64,000 nucleotides of DNA from Octopus sinensis (lineage: Eukaryota): NCBI RefSeq assembly GCF_006345805.1, contig NC_043004.1, positions 85,622,001 to 85,686,000 of the forward strand. The letters run 5' to 3'. How positions within the stretch are numbered: position 1 is the first letter of the stretch; every line of letters begins with the position of its first letter. The translations under genes and the position numbers were made by a program. Positions 25,518 to 39,237 of this stretch are shown here, one piece after another. The notes under the pieces are model-generated. The model saw nothing but the letters and a program-made list of their open reading frames with translations. It was not told the origin of the DNA and ran no database searches.

Positions 25518-25986
25518 CGTGTGCGCGTGTGCGTGTGTATGTGTGTGTGTGCATGTATATATGTATGTATGCATGTGCGTATATATGGATATTAACAAGA
25601 AAGCCAAGCAAAACATGATCGAAATAAAAAGAAAAGAAGGTGAAGTTTATTTCATTTCGTCGTGCAAACATTTTCCATATGGATGGCCTCTAATGGTATC
25701 AAATCAACAAACTTACAACAGATCACCACATAACTCTTTCGGTGTGTGGAACTCTTTCACTAAAATGTTTACAAATCTTCTGGGCACAATTACGAAAATT
25801 CTGCTTATTAGCGCAGCCAAACATGAGATTGTAAAACTGAGAATCTCATAGATTGATTAGTTCCTGGATTCCGAAAGCTTCGTTTTAGTAGCACTATACC
25901 AATGCCCGTGCAAAATATAGGAGGATGTATATGTGTGTGTATGTATATATATATATATGTGTGTGTGTTGTGCGTGTGTGTGTACG

Positions 25987-26017
<31 letters not shown>

Positions 26018-27110
26018 TATGTATATATATATGTATATATATACATATATGTGTGTGTGTGTGTACATATATATAGGTGTAGCAGTGGCTGTGTGGTAAG
26101 TAGCTTACTTACTAACCACATGGCTCCGGGTTCAGTCCCACTGCGTGGCACCTTGGGCAGGTGTCTTCTACTATAGCCTCGGGCCGACCAAAGCCTTGTG
26201 AGTGGAGTTGGTAGACGGACAATGAAAGATGGCCGTCGTATATATGTTAATATGTATGTATGTGTGTGTGTATGTTTGTGTGTCAATGTTTGCCCCCCCC
26301 CCGCCCCGAACATCGCTTGACAACCGATGCTGGTGTGTTTACGTTCCGTAACTTAGCGGTTCTAAGAATAAGTCCTGGGGTCGATCTGCTCGACTAAGGT
26401 GGTGCTCCAGCATGGCCGCAGTCAAATGACTGAAACAAGTAAAGAATAAACGAAAAGAAAAGAGAATATATATGTATATATATACATATATATATATGTG
26501 TGTGTGTGTGCGTGTGTGTGGGTGTGTATACAAATAAAGACTGGTGTCGATTCCTTCGACTAAAATTTGTTGTAGGCAATGTCCCAGCATGGGCGCTGTA
26601 TATATAGGAGATAAATACTAGATACATCTTCCCTAAGAGTTTAAGGGGACAGATTTTTTACAGAGCGGAAAGTCATACGGAAACTTATTAGTGCTAACGC
26701 CTAGAACAGAAACCATTTTCTGAAACGCGGATGATGGCTTATATGTGGTTTGCCAACTAGGATAACCGTCGTATGCTTAGCAAGACTATGAGATTGAGTT
26801 CTTGGTAGGTACATAACGTTTCGGTCCCACTGGGAAAGAGAATGTATGTAAAACGAACGTAAAATCAGAATCAAATTTGAAATCTAAAAAGAAAAAAACA
26901 ATGGAACGATTATGTGAATGTTTCATTCGTTTATTCCCTTGTTCTTTTGTTCTTTTCTTCAGTGTTTGCTAGGTCGTGAGTGGAGTTTTCCACACAGACA
27001 TTATATTTAACATAGCTAAAGGGATGTGTGTATATATGTGCGTATGTGTAAGTACAGAGAGGAGACAGAAACAAATAAATATATGCATATATATATGTAC
27101 ATGCATATGC

Positions 27111-27141
<31 letters not shown>

Positions 27142-27348
27142 AATATATTGTACATGTATATATATATACACATATATATATATGTATATATATAAGTTAC
27201 AAAGATAGATAGATAGATCGATAGATATACGGATAAAGACAGATATATACATACGTACATATATACATACATACATGCATACATACATAAAATACTTACA
27301 TACATACATACATAAAATACATACATAGATCGATAGATGCTTAACATA

Positions 27349-27400
<52 letters not shown>

Positions 27401-27593
27401 GTCATCTTAATGCTGATGGCTAGGTAGTTTGATATATATATCAAACTACTAGAGAGAGGAGGAACAGAGAGACACACAGACAGATAAATAGATAGATAGA
27501 TAGCTTGATAGACAGATATCCAGATAGACAAAGAGATGAATACATACATACGTGATGAATACATACATACGTGAATACATGAACACACGCGCA

Positions 27594-27624
<31 letters not shown>

Positions 27625-27673
27625 CATACATGCGTACACACATACATACATACATACATACATACATGCAAAC

Positions 27674-27718
<45 letters not shown>

Positions 27719-28277
27719 TATATGTATATGTATATATTATATATATATATAATATATATATTGATACATACATAAGGGCATAGATAGTTATGAACATAGA
27801 TGCGAAAAGAACGAAAGAGAGTTAGAAAGATAACGAGAGATTCTGCATAGTAAGAAAAAACAAATTGAACTATTTCTATAACATACGACATAAAAATTTC
27901 ATAAGAGTGATTTTTTTTTCTTTTTTTTAATATTGATGGATGCCATAATAACAGCAACTATCATTACGATTCCCAGAGCGACTAAGACTGCCGATATCAC
28001 CATTAAAGTAATTCTAGAGGGTATATGTCTCCCAAATGTTCTAGTGCTGAAAAACATAAATATTTAACTGCATTTACAAAATAACAACAAAACAATTGCT
28101 ATAGAAATGGAACATATTTTAAATCAGAACTATAAGAGGGAAAGCAAATCTGATGCTCCTATGCATATGTCTTTAAATATTGATGTGTATGTGTGTTAAC
28201 ATATGTGTATATATATATATAAGAACATACGTTCTTATATACATAAGTAAATTTGGATGTAGGCATGCTTGCATTAC

Positions 28278-28327
<50 letters not shown>

Positions 28328-28475
28328 TAAAAAAAATATTATATTATATATTTATATATATTACACACACACAACACATATATATATATATAATATATAT
28401 ATATATATAATATATATATATATATATTTAGAGGATATATATATAAACATAGTAGTTCTGTTGTAAATATATGTG

Positions 28476-28520
<45 letters not shown>

Positions 28521-28546
28521 TATACATATATATATATATATTATGT

Positions 28547-28580
<34 letters not shown>

Positions 28581-29034
28581 ATTTATATATATACATATAT
28601 AATATATATATTTATAGATATATATATATTATGTATATACATATTTGTGTGTGTGTATTGTGCATGTATGCACGTATTGTTCTATATTTATTCCCTATAT
28701 ACGGTTGTGTGACGGCGACCCTGTAACAATGTACGCTTGCATGAATGTGTGTATGCATGTAATAGTAGTAGTAGTAGCTTTCTATAACACGAATGTATGC
28801 CTACATATGCACACAAATGCGTAAAAAGCATTGGCAAATATATATATATGTACTTATGTAAATACGAATGGAGGAGAGAAAAACAAAGAAAGAAATGTTT
28901 TTGGTACATGTTTGTAGCTATTCGACATTACATCATACACTTAGACACACAGACATGCACACACATATGTACACACACACATATATATATACACTCACAC
29001 ACACACACACACACATACGTATATGCGCATATAC

Positions 29035-29074
<40 letters not shown>

Positions 29075-30002
29075 CTATTTTGAGTATTTAATTTTTGCTG
29101 GTAGTAGATATATTTTCGCATATGTTCGTATGTATTTAAGTATATGAAAGTATATGTATGTACATACATGCGTGTATTGAATGGAGTGAAGTTTGGCTGG
29201 ATGGTTAAATGAATGCAATAGATGTACGTGTAAGTATGTATACATGCAAATATATATATATATATATAATAAGAGAATGAGAGGAAGAGTGACATCAACA
29301 GACAACGAGAGAGAGAGTGGAAGAAGGCGAGCTACTGATGTTCGAAAAAACGTAACTGCTTATATTTGTAATACACATAAATATATAAAACCCATATATT
29401 TTGTAGCGTATATGTACAAATGCGTACATAACGAATATATTTCGGTACATATAAACAGAAGTGCGCTTTTGTATAAGTTTTCAAAATCAGTCATGTTGAA
29501 AATTAAATGAGATTACAGAAGGAAGGAAAATCTTTTGATGTTTACATTTCATCTTTATGACTATATATATATACATATACATACGTATACACATGCATAT
29601 TTATATATATATATATGTATATATGTATATAATATATATCTACGTTACGTACATGTGTCTATATATATCTATATATCTATATGTACATGTGTGTTTATAT
29701 GCCTTATTACGTTTCATTTTTTTTGTTTCAGTTTACTTTTTTATATTTTATAATTTTATATAAAATAAAACTTTCATTGAAACTCATATTAAATGATCAC
29801 ATGATCGTTTGAATAATAACTTTCATGCAGTTATCCTTCAGTCTTTCTCTCTGCATCTATCATTGTTTTTTCTATTTTTCTTTCCCTCTGTTGGCTTTTA
29901 TAGATATATAGATACATATATACATATACATACATATATATATATATATACATATATATATAAATATATATATCTATGTATATATATAGATATATATATG
30001 TA

Positions 30003-30037
<35 letters not shown>

Positions 30038-30043
30038 ATATAC

Positions 30044-30074
<31 letters not shown>

Positions 30075-30290
30075 GTGTGTGTGTAATATATATATACATG
30101 CATACATACGTACATACAAATGTACGTGCTTACATAGAGATAATTTTGAAAACGATACATTTTGTAGAATATGTATGTATGTGGCTTTTGTAAATGTATG
30201 TATTATATGGATACATACGTACGTACACTCACAAGCACAAACACACACACATGCATACACGCACGCACGCATACACACATATGTGTTTGG
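24690..30290. repeat. Microsatellite-dominated region ((TA)n, (TG)n, (GATA)n, (CATA)n)
   Basis: Directly visible; source of many spurious YI/CV/HT ORFs. Confidence 0.9.
26076..26465 (+). mobile_element. SINE family 2
   Basis: Head, CORE-like ACCTTGGGCAG, tail. Confidence 0.88.
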
Positions 30291-31423
30291 TGGAGAGGGG
30301 GAAATAAAACGAAGAATGTAAACAAGAAAGAAAAAACAAAGCAGGAGCGAAACAGAGAGAACAAAGAAAGTGAAATTTTACGAATAGTTTATTTTACATA
30401 AACTTGAATGAGTATATTCTTTAAAAAAAATTGATCGTTTCAGTAACAAATTGGACGGCAGATACCATTCTTGGCCACCGTTCATGACTTTTCCTTCGAC
30501 CAAATAAAATGTCCGCCGGTCTCGCTACACTTTAGCGGTTTTTATTGCCTACATTGGATGCTACTATAATTCTTACAAAACAAAAGTATAGTAATTTGTC
30601 TTGACATGTTTAACAGAATTTTAACTTTTTGTCCAAAACGAGTTACTGACTTCCTAACCATAGACTGAATAATAACTCAATGGATATTATGTTATACACA
30701 AGGTGTCAGAAATATAGTTTGGTGTAAAACTACACACACCGTCATATTATTTCCCGACCAATTCTGCTTATACAAAATACTATGGATTGCAGCTATGGTT
30801 AAGCCTACGAAGGAATGCCGAAAAGATCTTGACTTGGGCTAAAAAACATACACGACGATCAGTTAATTATGATTTAATTCAAAATATACCAGTCTCAGAT
30901 TAACAAACTAATTGCAGTGATCCTTCAGTTATTCTAAGCACTGTAAAAGAACTCAGGATATAAAGACTCCAACGTGGCCTTTCGTGACACTCTTAAAGCA
31001 AAAACTTTTCTGCATCCCCTGTATAAATACATACGTATATGTATTTAGACATGTAATGGTAAGATCGAAGGATCAATGTGTACGTAGTTAAAAAGATCCG
31101 AGCAATCTGTTGAAGGTATAAAATGATAGGTATATTGATGTAGAAGGTTATAGATATTTTTCCATATCGAAGTTGGATGAGCTGAAAAAGGTTATTATAT
31201 AGTACACACGCTTAACAGCAGGGGTGGGTGGTTATGCGGATAAAATCCAAAATAATGGAATGGAGTAGATAAAATTCTGGCTACATATGTTTCAAACCTA
31301 GCAGACACTCGGAAGTATTTAATACCTAAATGAGGGTTAATCTACTAGCTACTCGATACCTTAATCAAATAAATTCTACATCGCCGTCAAAGAATCTCAT
31401 TTTAACTTGCAGGTCGAAAATCG

Positions 31424-31454
<31 letters not shown>

Positions 31455-31471
31455 ATGTGTGCATGTGTGTG

Positions 31472-31511
<40 letters not shown>

Positions 31512-31867
31512 CGATTCAAAAAAGAGAAGAAGAAACAAACAAGCGTGAGGACGTAGCAGCAGTAATGTATTAATATGACGTTCGGAGAAAGAAGAGAGTT
31601 GTTGTTTTCCATTTCGAACATTGCTCGTTATCGGAAACTGGGAAAACAGGAACGTTCAAAGGGAAAGAAGGATGAAGGTGGAAAATCGCCATACGTCCAC
31701 GTGCAGTTGCATTTCTGAATTCAATGTAACTGCACCCTACACGCTTCCGACTGTTTTGGAGAACCTGATTCACAGGTCTCTCTCTATCATTGGAGTTCAT
31801 CACGTTACTCATTCGGAGCACGCCTTTGATTGTGAATACATATACATGACACTCTACGGCAGAATGC

Positions 31868-31905
<38 letters not shown>

Positions 31906-31946
31906 TTATATATATATATTATATATATATGCATACATATATACAT

Positions 31947-32250
31947 ATCACCGTGATCACCGTGACCGATCAGGCTATCAGATGTTTGCTACACATCGCT
32001 GGTCACAATGTGCTTCGCATTATTTAAGCCTTCAAATGACGCCACCCCGCTGGCTAAGCGAGCAGGCCAACAGAAGGAGTGAGAGAAAGTTGTGGCGAAA
32101 GAGTACAGCAGGGATCTCCACCACCCCCTGCCGGAGCCTCGTGGAGCTTTAGGTGTTTTCGCTCAATAAACACACACAACGCCCGGTCTGGGAATCGAAA
32201 CCGCGATCCTCCGACCGCGAGTCCGCTGCCCATACCACTGGGCCATTGCG
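31947..32250 (-). mobile_element. SINE family 3, tail type B
   Basis: Same head as 24012 copy; tail ends GGTCACGGTGATCACGGTGAT at (TA)n. Confidence 0.9.
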
Positions 32251-32610
32251 AACAAAATAAAAAGCAGTAAGAGTAGTAAAACAAGGAAGACAAACCATCT
32301 ACACTGAACCGTAAATAAAGGCGAGTTATGAGAACGGGAATATTTAATGAAAAGGACAAACAAAAAACATAAAAATTAATAAACAACGTAGATAAAAAGA
32401 CAGATGGGTAGGGATACACATATGTTGATATGGATATATATATATATATAGTATATATATATATATATTATATATATATATATAATATAACGATTTAGGA
32501 GTGACCCCAACAGGTCACTCGTCCACCAGAAAGAGCAGCCATAACTCACACCGCCAAGTATTAGTAATTCAGAAATTAGGTGAAAATTTAAAAACATTTA
32601 CCCTAATTCT

Positions 32611-32712
32611 TCTTTTAGACGTTGCAACGTTTCTGTGTCATTAATGATTAAATTAGCTTAATTAAATTAAATTAAGCCAATCTACCATAGGTTACACTTC
32701 ATCAGTAAAAGA
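32611..32712 (-). ncRNA. Type I hammerhead ribozyme (long stem II)
   Basis: Reverse complement of 33057-33158. Confidence 0.85.
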
Positions 32713-33056
32713 CCTGGGAGAGACAAATATACACAAGGCGTCTGTATAGATGTCTACGGGATATCTGACTTAAAATTTTCAAGACTGACGTATTCGCGCC
32801 AAACTTATCAACAGTAAATATAAACTGCCGATTCAATCTCAGAATTATTCAGAAAATTATCAATTAGTCAATTTAGGGTAGCAAAAAATTCAATAGAAAT
32901 TTATCGCAACCAGCGGCCTGGTGAAAAAGAGATTGAATCGGCAGTTTATATTTACTGTTGATAAGTTTGGCGCGAATACGTCAGTCTTGAAAATTTTAAG
33001 TCAGATATCCCGTAGACATCTATACAGACGCCTCGTGTATATTTGTCTCTCCCAGG

Positions 33057-33158
33057 TCTTTTACTGATGAAGTGTAACCTATGGTAGATTGGCTTAATTT
33101 AATTTAATTAAGCTAATTTAATCATTAATGACACAGAAACGTTGCAACGTCTAAAAGA
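33057..33158 (+). ncRNA. Type I hammerhead ribozyme (long stem II)
   Basis: TCTTTTA-CTGATGA-A-GTGT..[long hairpin]..ACAC-A-GAA-ACGTTGCAACGT-C-TAAAAGA; 7-bp stem I, palindromic stem III, GUC cleavage after 33151. Confidence 0.87.
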
Positions 33159-33522
33159 AGAATTAGGGTAATGTTTTTAAATTTTCACCTAATTTCTGAA
33201 TTACTAATACTTGGCGGTGTGAGTTATGGCTGCTCTTTCTGGTGGACGAGTGACCTGTTGGTCACTCCTAAATCGTTATATTTTATATATAGTCGATGAC
33301 TATTTTCTCTTTTTCACCAGGCCGCTGGTTGCGATAAATTTCTATTGAATTTTTTGCTACCCTAAATTGACTAATTGATAATTTTCTGAATAATTCTGAG
33401 ATTGAATCGGCAGTTTATATTTCTGTTGATAAGTTTGGCGCGAATACGTCAGTCTTGAAAATTTTAGTCAGATATCCCGTAGACATCTATACAGACGCCT
33501 CGTGTATATTTGTCTCTCCCAG

Positions 33523-33624
33523 TCTTTTACTGATGAAGTGTAACCTATGGTAGATTGGCTTAATTTAATTTAATTAAGCTAATTTAATCATTAATGACAC
33601 AGAAACGTTGCAACGTCTAAAAGA
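33523..33624 (+). ncRNA. Type I hammerhead ribozyme (long stem II)
   Basis: Same motif as 33057-33158; predicted cleavage after 33617. Confidence 0.87.
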
Positions 33625-33855
33625 AGAATTAGGGTAAATGTTTTTAAATTTTCACCTAATTTCTGAATTACTAATACTTGGCGGTGTGAGTTATGGCTGC
33701 TCTTTCTGGTGGACGAGTGACCTGTTGGGGTCACTCCTAAATCGTTTTTTATATATTTAGTCGATGACTATTTTCCTCTTTTCACCAGGCCGCTGGTTGC
33801 GATAATTTCTATTCAATTTTTTGCTACCCTAAATTGACTAAAAAAATATATATAT

Positions 33856-33905
<50 letters not shown>

Positions 33906-34012
33906 CATACATATACATATACATAAATGTATATACATATATATATATGTGTGTGTTGTGGTGTGTGTGTGTAAAGATAGATAGATAGATAGATAGATAT
34001 ATAGATAGATAG

Positions 34013-34301
34013 ATGGCCCATGATTAGGCAACGACTCGCGGTTGTAGGAACGCGGTTTCGATTCCCAGACCGAATGTTGTGAGTGTTTATTGAGCGAAAA
34101 CACCTAAAGCTCCCCGAGGCTCTGGCAGGGGGCGGTGGCGATCTCTGCTGTACTCTTTCGCCACAACTTTCTCTCACTCTTTCTTCTGTCGCCCTCCTCG
34201 CTTAGGCAGCGGGGTGGCGTCCTTTGAAGGTTAAAACAATGGAAGCGCATTCTGACCATCGATCTGTAGCAAAATCTGAGAGCATGATCAGTCACGGGGA
34301 T
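34013..34301 (+). mobile_element. SINE family 3, tail type B
   Basis: Head plus tail B, embedded in (GATA)n. Confidence 0.85.
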
Positions 34302-34902
34302 ATAGAATGATAGATAGATAGATAGATAAGTAGATATATACATATACATATATATATATACATATATATATATACATATGTATGTACATAAATAGGGAAC
34401 AATTTTTTTTTCGCATAAAATATTAAAATCTGCAGTACGTTCCATTTCAATCCATTTTATTAGTATTTTTCGTTATTTGCGTATCAGACACTTACATTAT
34501 TTGAGTTGGCTTTTCTACATTATCTGAAGCTCATTTTCAGGCTATAAAGCAGCAGGTTCTTGTAATATCGCTTTTGCAGTGATTTCTATTTATGCACAAT
34601 TTACTGGCACAAATTGACAGAGTTAAACTACGTCAATTACTTATCCAGTTTGTCTGTTGCGTCATTATTACCTCTGTGTCATGATATGAATATTGTTTTT
34701 ATAATTAGTCGTCTATTGTGTACAGATATCGATATGATATAGATGTATTCTCCGGAAATATTTTTCTGTCTAGCTTCGTATGATAATGAAGTGCTGTGGT
34801 ATATTGAAACTATAGCTTGGTGTAAATGCATGGGGAGTGTAAGAGAGAATGATATGCACTTAACGTTTTTGTGACAGATGGAAAAAAGAAATAACAGTAA
34901 TA

Positions 34903-35459
34903 TATTCTTTTCTACTCTAGGAACAAGGCCCAAACTTTTTGGGGAGGGAGCCAGTCGATTAGATCGACTCCAGTACGCAACTGGTACTTAATTTATTGAC
35001 CTCGAAAGGATGAGAGGCAAAGTCGACCTCGGCGGAATTTGAACTCAGAACGTAACGGCAGAGACGAAATACCGATAAGTATTTCGCCCAGCGTGCTGAT
35101 GTTTCTGCCAGCTCGCCGCTTTAAAATCCTGCAAAATATTCTTTTCTACTCTAGGTACAAGGCCTGAAATCTTAGGGGAGGGGTCCAGTCCATTAGATCG
35201 GCCTCAGTACGTAACTAATACTTAATTTATAGACCTCGGAAGGATGAAAGGCAAATTCGACCTCGGCGGAATTTCAACTCACAACGTAATGGCACACGAA
35301 ATACCTATTTCTTTACTACCCACAAGGGGCTAAACACAGAGGGGACAAACAAACGGATTGAGTCGATTACATCGACCCCAGTGCGTAATTGGTACTTAAT
35401 TTATCGACCCCGAAATGATGAAAGGCAAAGTCAACCTCGGCGGAATTTGAACTCAGAAC
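34903..35459 (-). mobile_element. Tandem SINE family 1 copies
   Basis: One complete copy 34903-35120 and a dimeric 5'-truncated copy 35136-35459. Confidence 0.85.
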
Positions 35460-35519
35460 ATAGATATCCCCTCACCACTAACCACACTACTCTTGCCAGA
35501 TCAAAATCTGTGAACCGTG

Positions 35520-36125
35520 CCTCTATTCTTTCTCCTCGCACGTGACCTGCCATTAACCATCTCCCGTTTCACCTCACCAACCACCCCTCTACTCTGCCTC
35601 TCCAACGCACCATTCTCCGAGCATTCTGGCGAGTCCAGTCCGGCCCCTCCACCTGGCACATCCTTCCCTCCTTCAAATGAGTCCAGAACCTGCGTAACCT
35701 CCTGTCCGCAGCTTCTTCCCTATTCCCACCTCCCAGCGTGAATCATTCCCCTGATTCCACCCACGCTGTCGCACTTGCCCCTACCGGTCCCATATCATCA
35801 TCCTCACAGGCATCAATCGTTGTCCCCATCACATCACCGACTCCTTTACCTGAACATCTAGTAATGACATTTAACGCATCTCCTGCCCTTTCTGTCCTTC
35901 AGAGACGCCGCATGACTCACCGGTTCGCGGAGCATCCCCGAGACCACAGGCTCGGCAAGGAAAACCCGGTCTCTCGCTATTTTCGCTCTATCGGTCAATC
36001 GCTACAACATCTATATGTGTTCGGACTGTTTTTGCACAGGGGTAATATTGTCTCCCACCTTTGCCGTGAACAGTTATTAATCTTTTCTCTTCGCTCTTTA
36101 CGCCACATGGGCTCAACTCCCCTCC
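35520..36125 (+). pseudogene. Penelope-like GIY-YIG endonuclease remnant
   Basis: Across frameshifts: NLRNLL, HPRCRTCPY, SFT*TSSNDI*RISCPFCP, RRMTHRFAEH..D....PVSRYF, LYVFGL, REQLLIFSL...PHGLN; followed by CA-rich 3' region. Confidence 0.82.
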
Positions 36126-36677
36126 TCCCTTCATCTGACATCAACCTCATCTCCCTCCTTTTTTCTCATACCAACCCACACCACTCCACACACACTAGCA
36201 CTGACCACTTCCCAGCACCCACTCCACACACCATCATCAATACCGTCTCCTTACTGCTTAACTCAGTACACAGACCACACACCATCATGCACACTCCCAC
36301 ACCCATGGAAGCACATAATACTTGAGCAAGGGCAATATATACATACACACGTAACACGCAATAACATACGCAGCATACATAGACAGAGATAACTTTCGTC
36401 CATATACATACCCCATACACATGCACACTGTTTGGTCACAGACACACTCACGCCACGTAAAAATCACACATCAAGAACTACACACAGCACATACATACAC
36501 ACACGTCAGAGCCACTCGCCCCTATTCACACACACACACGTACACACACCCACCATTCTGACATACACACACCCCTACAAGCACCTCCACTTGTTGGGGT
36601 CACTAGCACTTTATTATCTCCCTTCTATTCAACCTCTTTTTTCTTATTATCTCCCTTTCTTTCAACCTTCTTTTTTT

Positions 36678-36875
36678 GGATTAGTGGTTAAGGTGTTGAA
36701 CTCATGATCGTAAGGTTGTGGTTTCGGTTCCTGGACCGGGCGATGCGTTGTGTTCTTCATTTCACGTTGCTCCAGTCCACTCAGCAGGCAAAAATGAGTA
36801 ATCCTTCGACGGACCGGCGTCCCGCCAAGGAAACCGAGAAACCGGCCTTCTGCTCCACAAGGGGCAAAAAGGATT
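36678..36875 (+). mobile_element. SINE family 4 (tRNA head, V-domain-like body)
   Basis: TAGTGGTTAAG, GTTTCGGTTCC, then AAATGAGTAATCCTTCGACGGACCGGCGTCCCG..GAAACCGG; related head at 44085-44210. Confidence 0.6.
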
Positions 36876-38429
36876 AAGAAGAATATCCATACATATATTT
36901 ATCCAAATATACACTCGCAATTTTCATTGTCATGCCTGTGTACCCATTATGAACCTATAATTCATCTGATATATTATTTTTTTATTTCTTATTTATATCC
37001 ACTCACTGGAAATTTTGAGTTTTTCTTAAGGAATTTTAATTCTATAGAGTAACTTTATAAGGTTTGTTCTTACAGACCTGCGTAGTTCTACATATTTTGA
37101 TTTGTTAATTCACATTAAAAAAAAATCTAAAGTACAAAGTACGGATACATGCAGAATAGTAAGCAAACTTACATACGCACACACAAAACACATAGACACA
37201 CGTACCCCCCCCCCCCCACACACACACACGCACATAGATTCAGACGCAAATTCACGCGCAGATAAAGATACACACCACAGAAACACAGAAGGGAGAAATA
37301 GAACAGGAGACCCGTGGGATAGAGAGTCGCTGAGGAGGTCACAGAATGTGTGACGTAAGATTTCCTGACAAAGGACATAAAATAAGACCAATTATAAATC
37401 TCATGTGAAGAACGAATATGTAGTCCGTGTGTTTATTTGGCAAAAAAATGGCCATCCCGAAATATAGTAACTACTATATAAGGTATAATTGTATGTACAC
37501 TTAACGACAATTAATTATAGAATGGGTATTGAATGTATTTCTATAGGTCACCTAGTTTATATGTATAATAATTATGTTGTCTTTTTGTCTATTTTACATA
37601 AGCTTAGATTTTTCATGAAGCAGAATCTAGAGGGGCATTTGTACCCTGAGAGAAGATAAAGTTTCAAGCAGGAGTAGAAGCTAGTACAGGAGGACCTATA
37701 CAACCCTACCTAACTTATTTTCAGACTAAACGACTCAGCTTCTCATTTCCAACGATAACTCCAGTTACCATGCTTGTGCGAAACAGGCTTCGGAGATTCA
37801 AATATTGGAGTGAATAACAAAACTTCATAAAGAAAGAAAAAAACGGAAATTTTTTTTTACAGCATTTCCCATTTAATGCTAACAACTTTTGACAGATCCA
37901 CAAATTCAATGAACGATCCACAAATACAATGAACGAATATTTTCTTCTCTGCGTTTCCCAAATAACTATTTTGTTATGAAGGTTATATCCACTGATCCTC
38001 GTTTCAAAGGATGTCACGTTATGACTTTGATGTAACATTTGCGATTATCGACGTTCTGAGCTCTGCTTTGAATAGCACCCACCCAGAATGTACAAAAGTG
38101 TTATACATCTATCTCCGTTGTTTGTCTAAACGGTGACGGTGATAGAGAGCATCCTTATAATTTTGATGTATATACTTTTGGTTCTACTCTTATGAGATGT
38201 AGCGATGAAGCGCTTCTTTGCAGCTGTAACGATCCCGTTTGAAAATCTCTATTGGAATGACGCCCGATCAAGGAAATTTCTTGTTTTTGATCTTTCGATG
38301 GAAGCACTGGCTTTAGCATTCACTTGTGGTTCCCAAAATGGTAGATGAAGAGGAAGAGCGCTTCACAAACAATTCCTCCGTGACTGCTACATTAACTGGT
38401 TGAGGGTGGCTTAAGATCTGGTTAAATTG

Positions 38430-39200
38430 TTCTATCGACGAAAATACACTCTTGAACACACACATCCGCACATAAAACCACAAAGACGCACTCACGCAAA
38501 CAAATGCAAATGCGCAAGCTACAAACACACACATAAGCACGTTTCCTCACATACATACGCACAAAACCAGCTTCACACATGCATACAAATATGCTTACAC
38601 ACGTACGTATACACACATACACGCGCGCGCGCGCGCGCAAATATGCACACTTTTCTCGCTCACACAAATATACGCACACACACAGACACCCACATATACA
38701 CAAATACAATTTTTCTCACAAATACACACATAAACATAAACACACATAAACACACAGCCATACACATGCAAACGCACACACACACACACACACACACACA
38801 TGAGCAAACACACACGCATGTGCATACACACAGAGTCATATACACAGAAATACGCGCATTCACACACAGTCATACGCTTTTTCTCACTCACACAAATATA
38901 CAAATACACACACATATACACACTGGCATACATATACACAGTCATACAGATACCGATACATATACATAAACATAAACACACGTTGTCAAAGACAGACAAG
39001 ACCGCACACACACAGATTCATATACACAGAAACGCGCAATCGCACACACGCACACACAGAATCATTAACACCCAAACACAATCGTCCACAAAGGCGAAAA
39101 AAATTTACAGTCACGTACATACTAACTCACACACACTAACACGAAATCATTCGCACACACACACATACACACACACGCACGCACACGTTTATACTGACAC
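38430..39200. repeat. Degenerate CA-rich microsatellite
   Basis: Directly visible. Confidence 0.9.
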
Positions 39201-39237
39201 CGATTCTTCCCCCATCACCACCAACAGCAACAACAGT

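Larger units (their letters stand above)
32484..33841. mobile_element. Non-coding hammerhead element (retrozyme-like): one inverted plus ~two tandem copies of a ~469-bp unit
   Basis: Direct copies start at 32929 and 33398 (GAGATTGAATCGGCAG); 32484-32932 is reverse complement; (TA)n on both flanks; no ORF. Confidence 0.93.

Noticed and set aside
26810-26845. Minus-strand GGACC-GAAACGTT-ATGTA half motif
   Set aside because: No CTGANGA box upstream
25244-30401. Dozens of YIYI/CVCV/HTHT ORFs (also at 38-40, 44-45, 51 and 55-57 kb)
   Set aside because: Dinucleotide and tetranucleotide microsatellite artefacts
32929-33841. CRISPR array or LTR pair
   Set aside because: No short repeat-spacer pattern; no TG..CA ends, PBS or internal region
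37950-38400. Kinase-like words (GYIH, DVYTFG..YEM)
   Set aside because: Needs several frameshifts and stops; too weak without BLASTX
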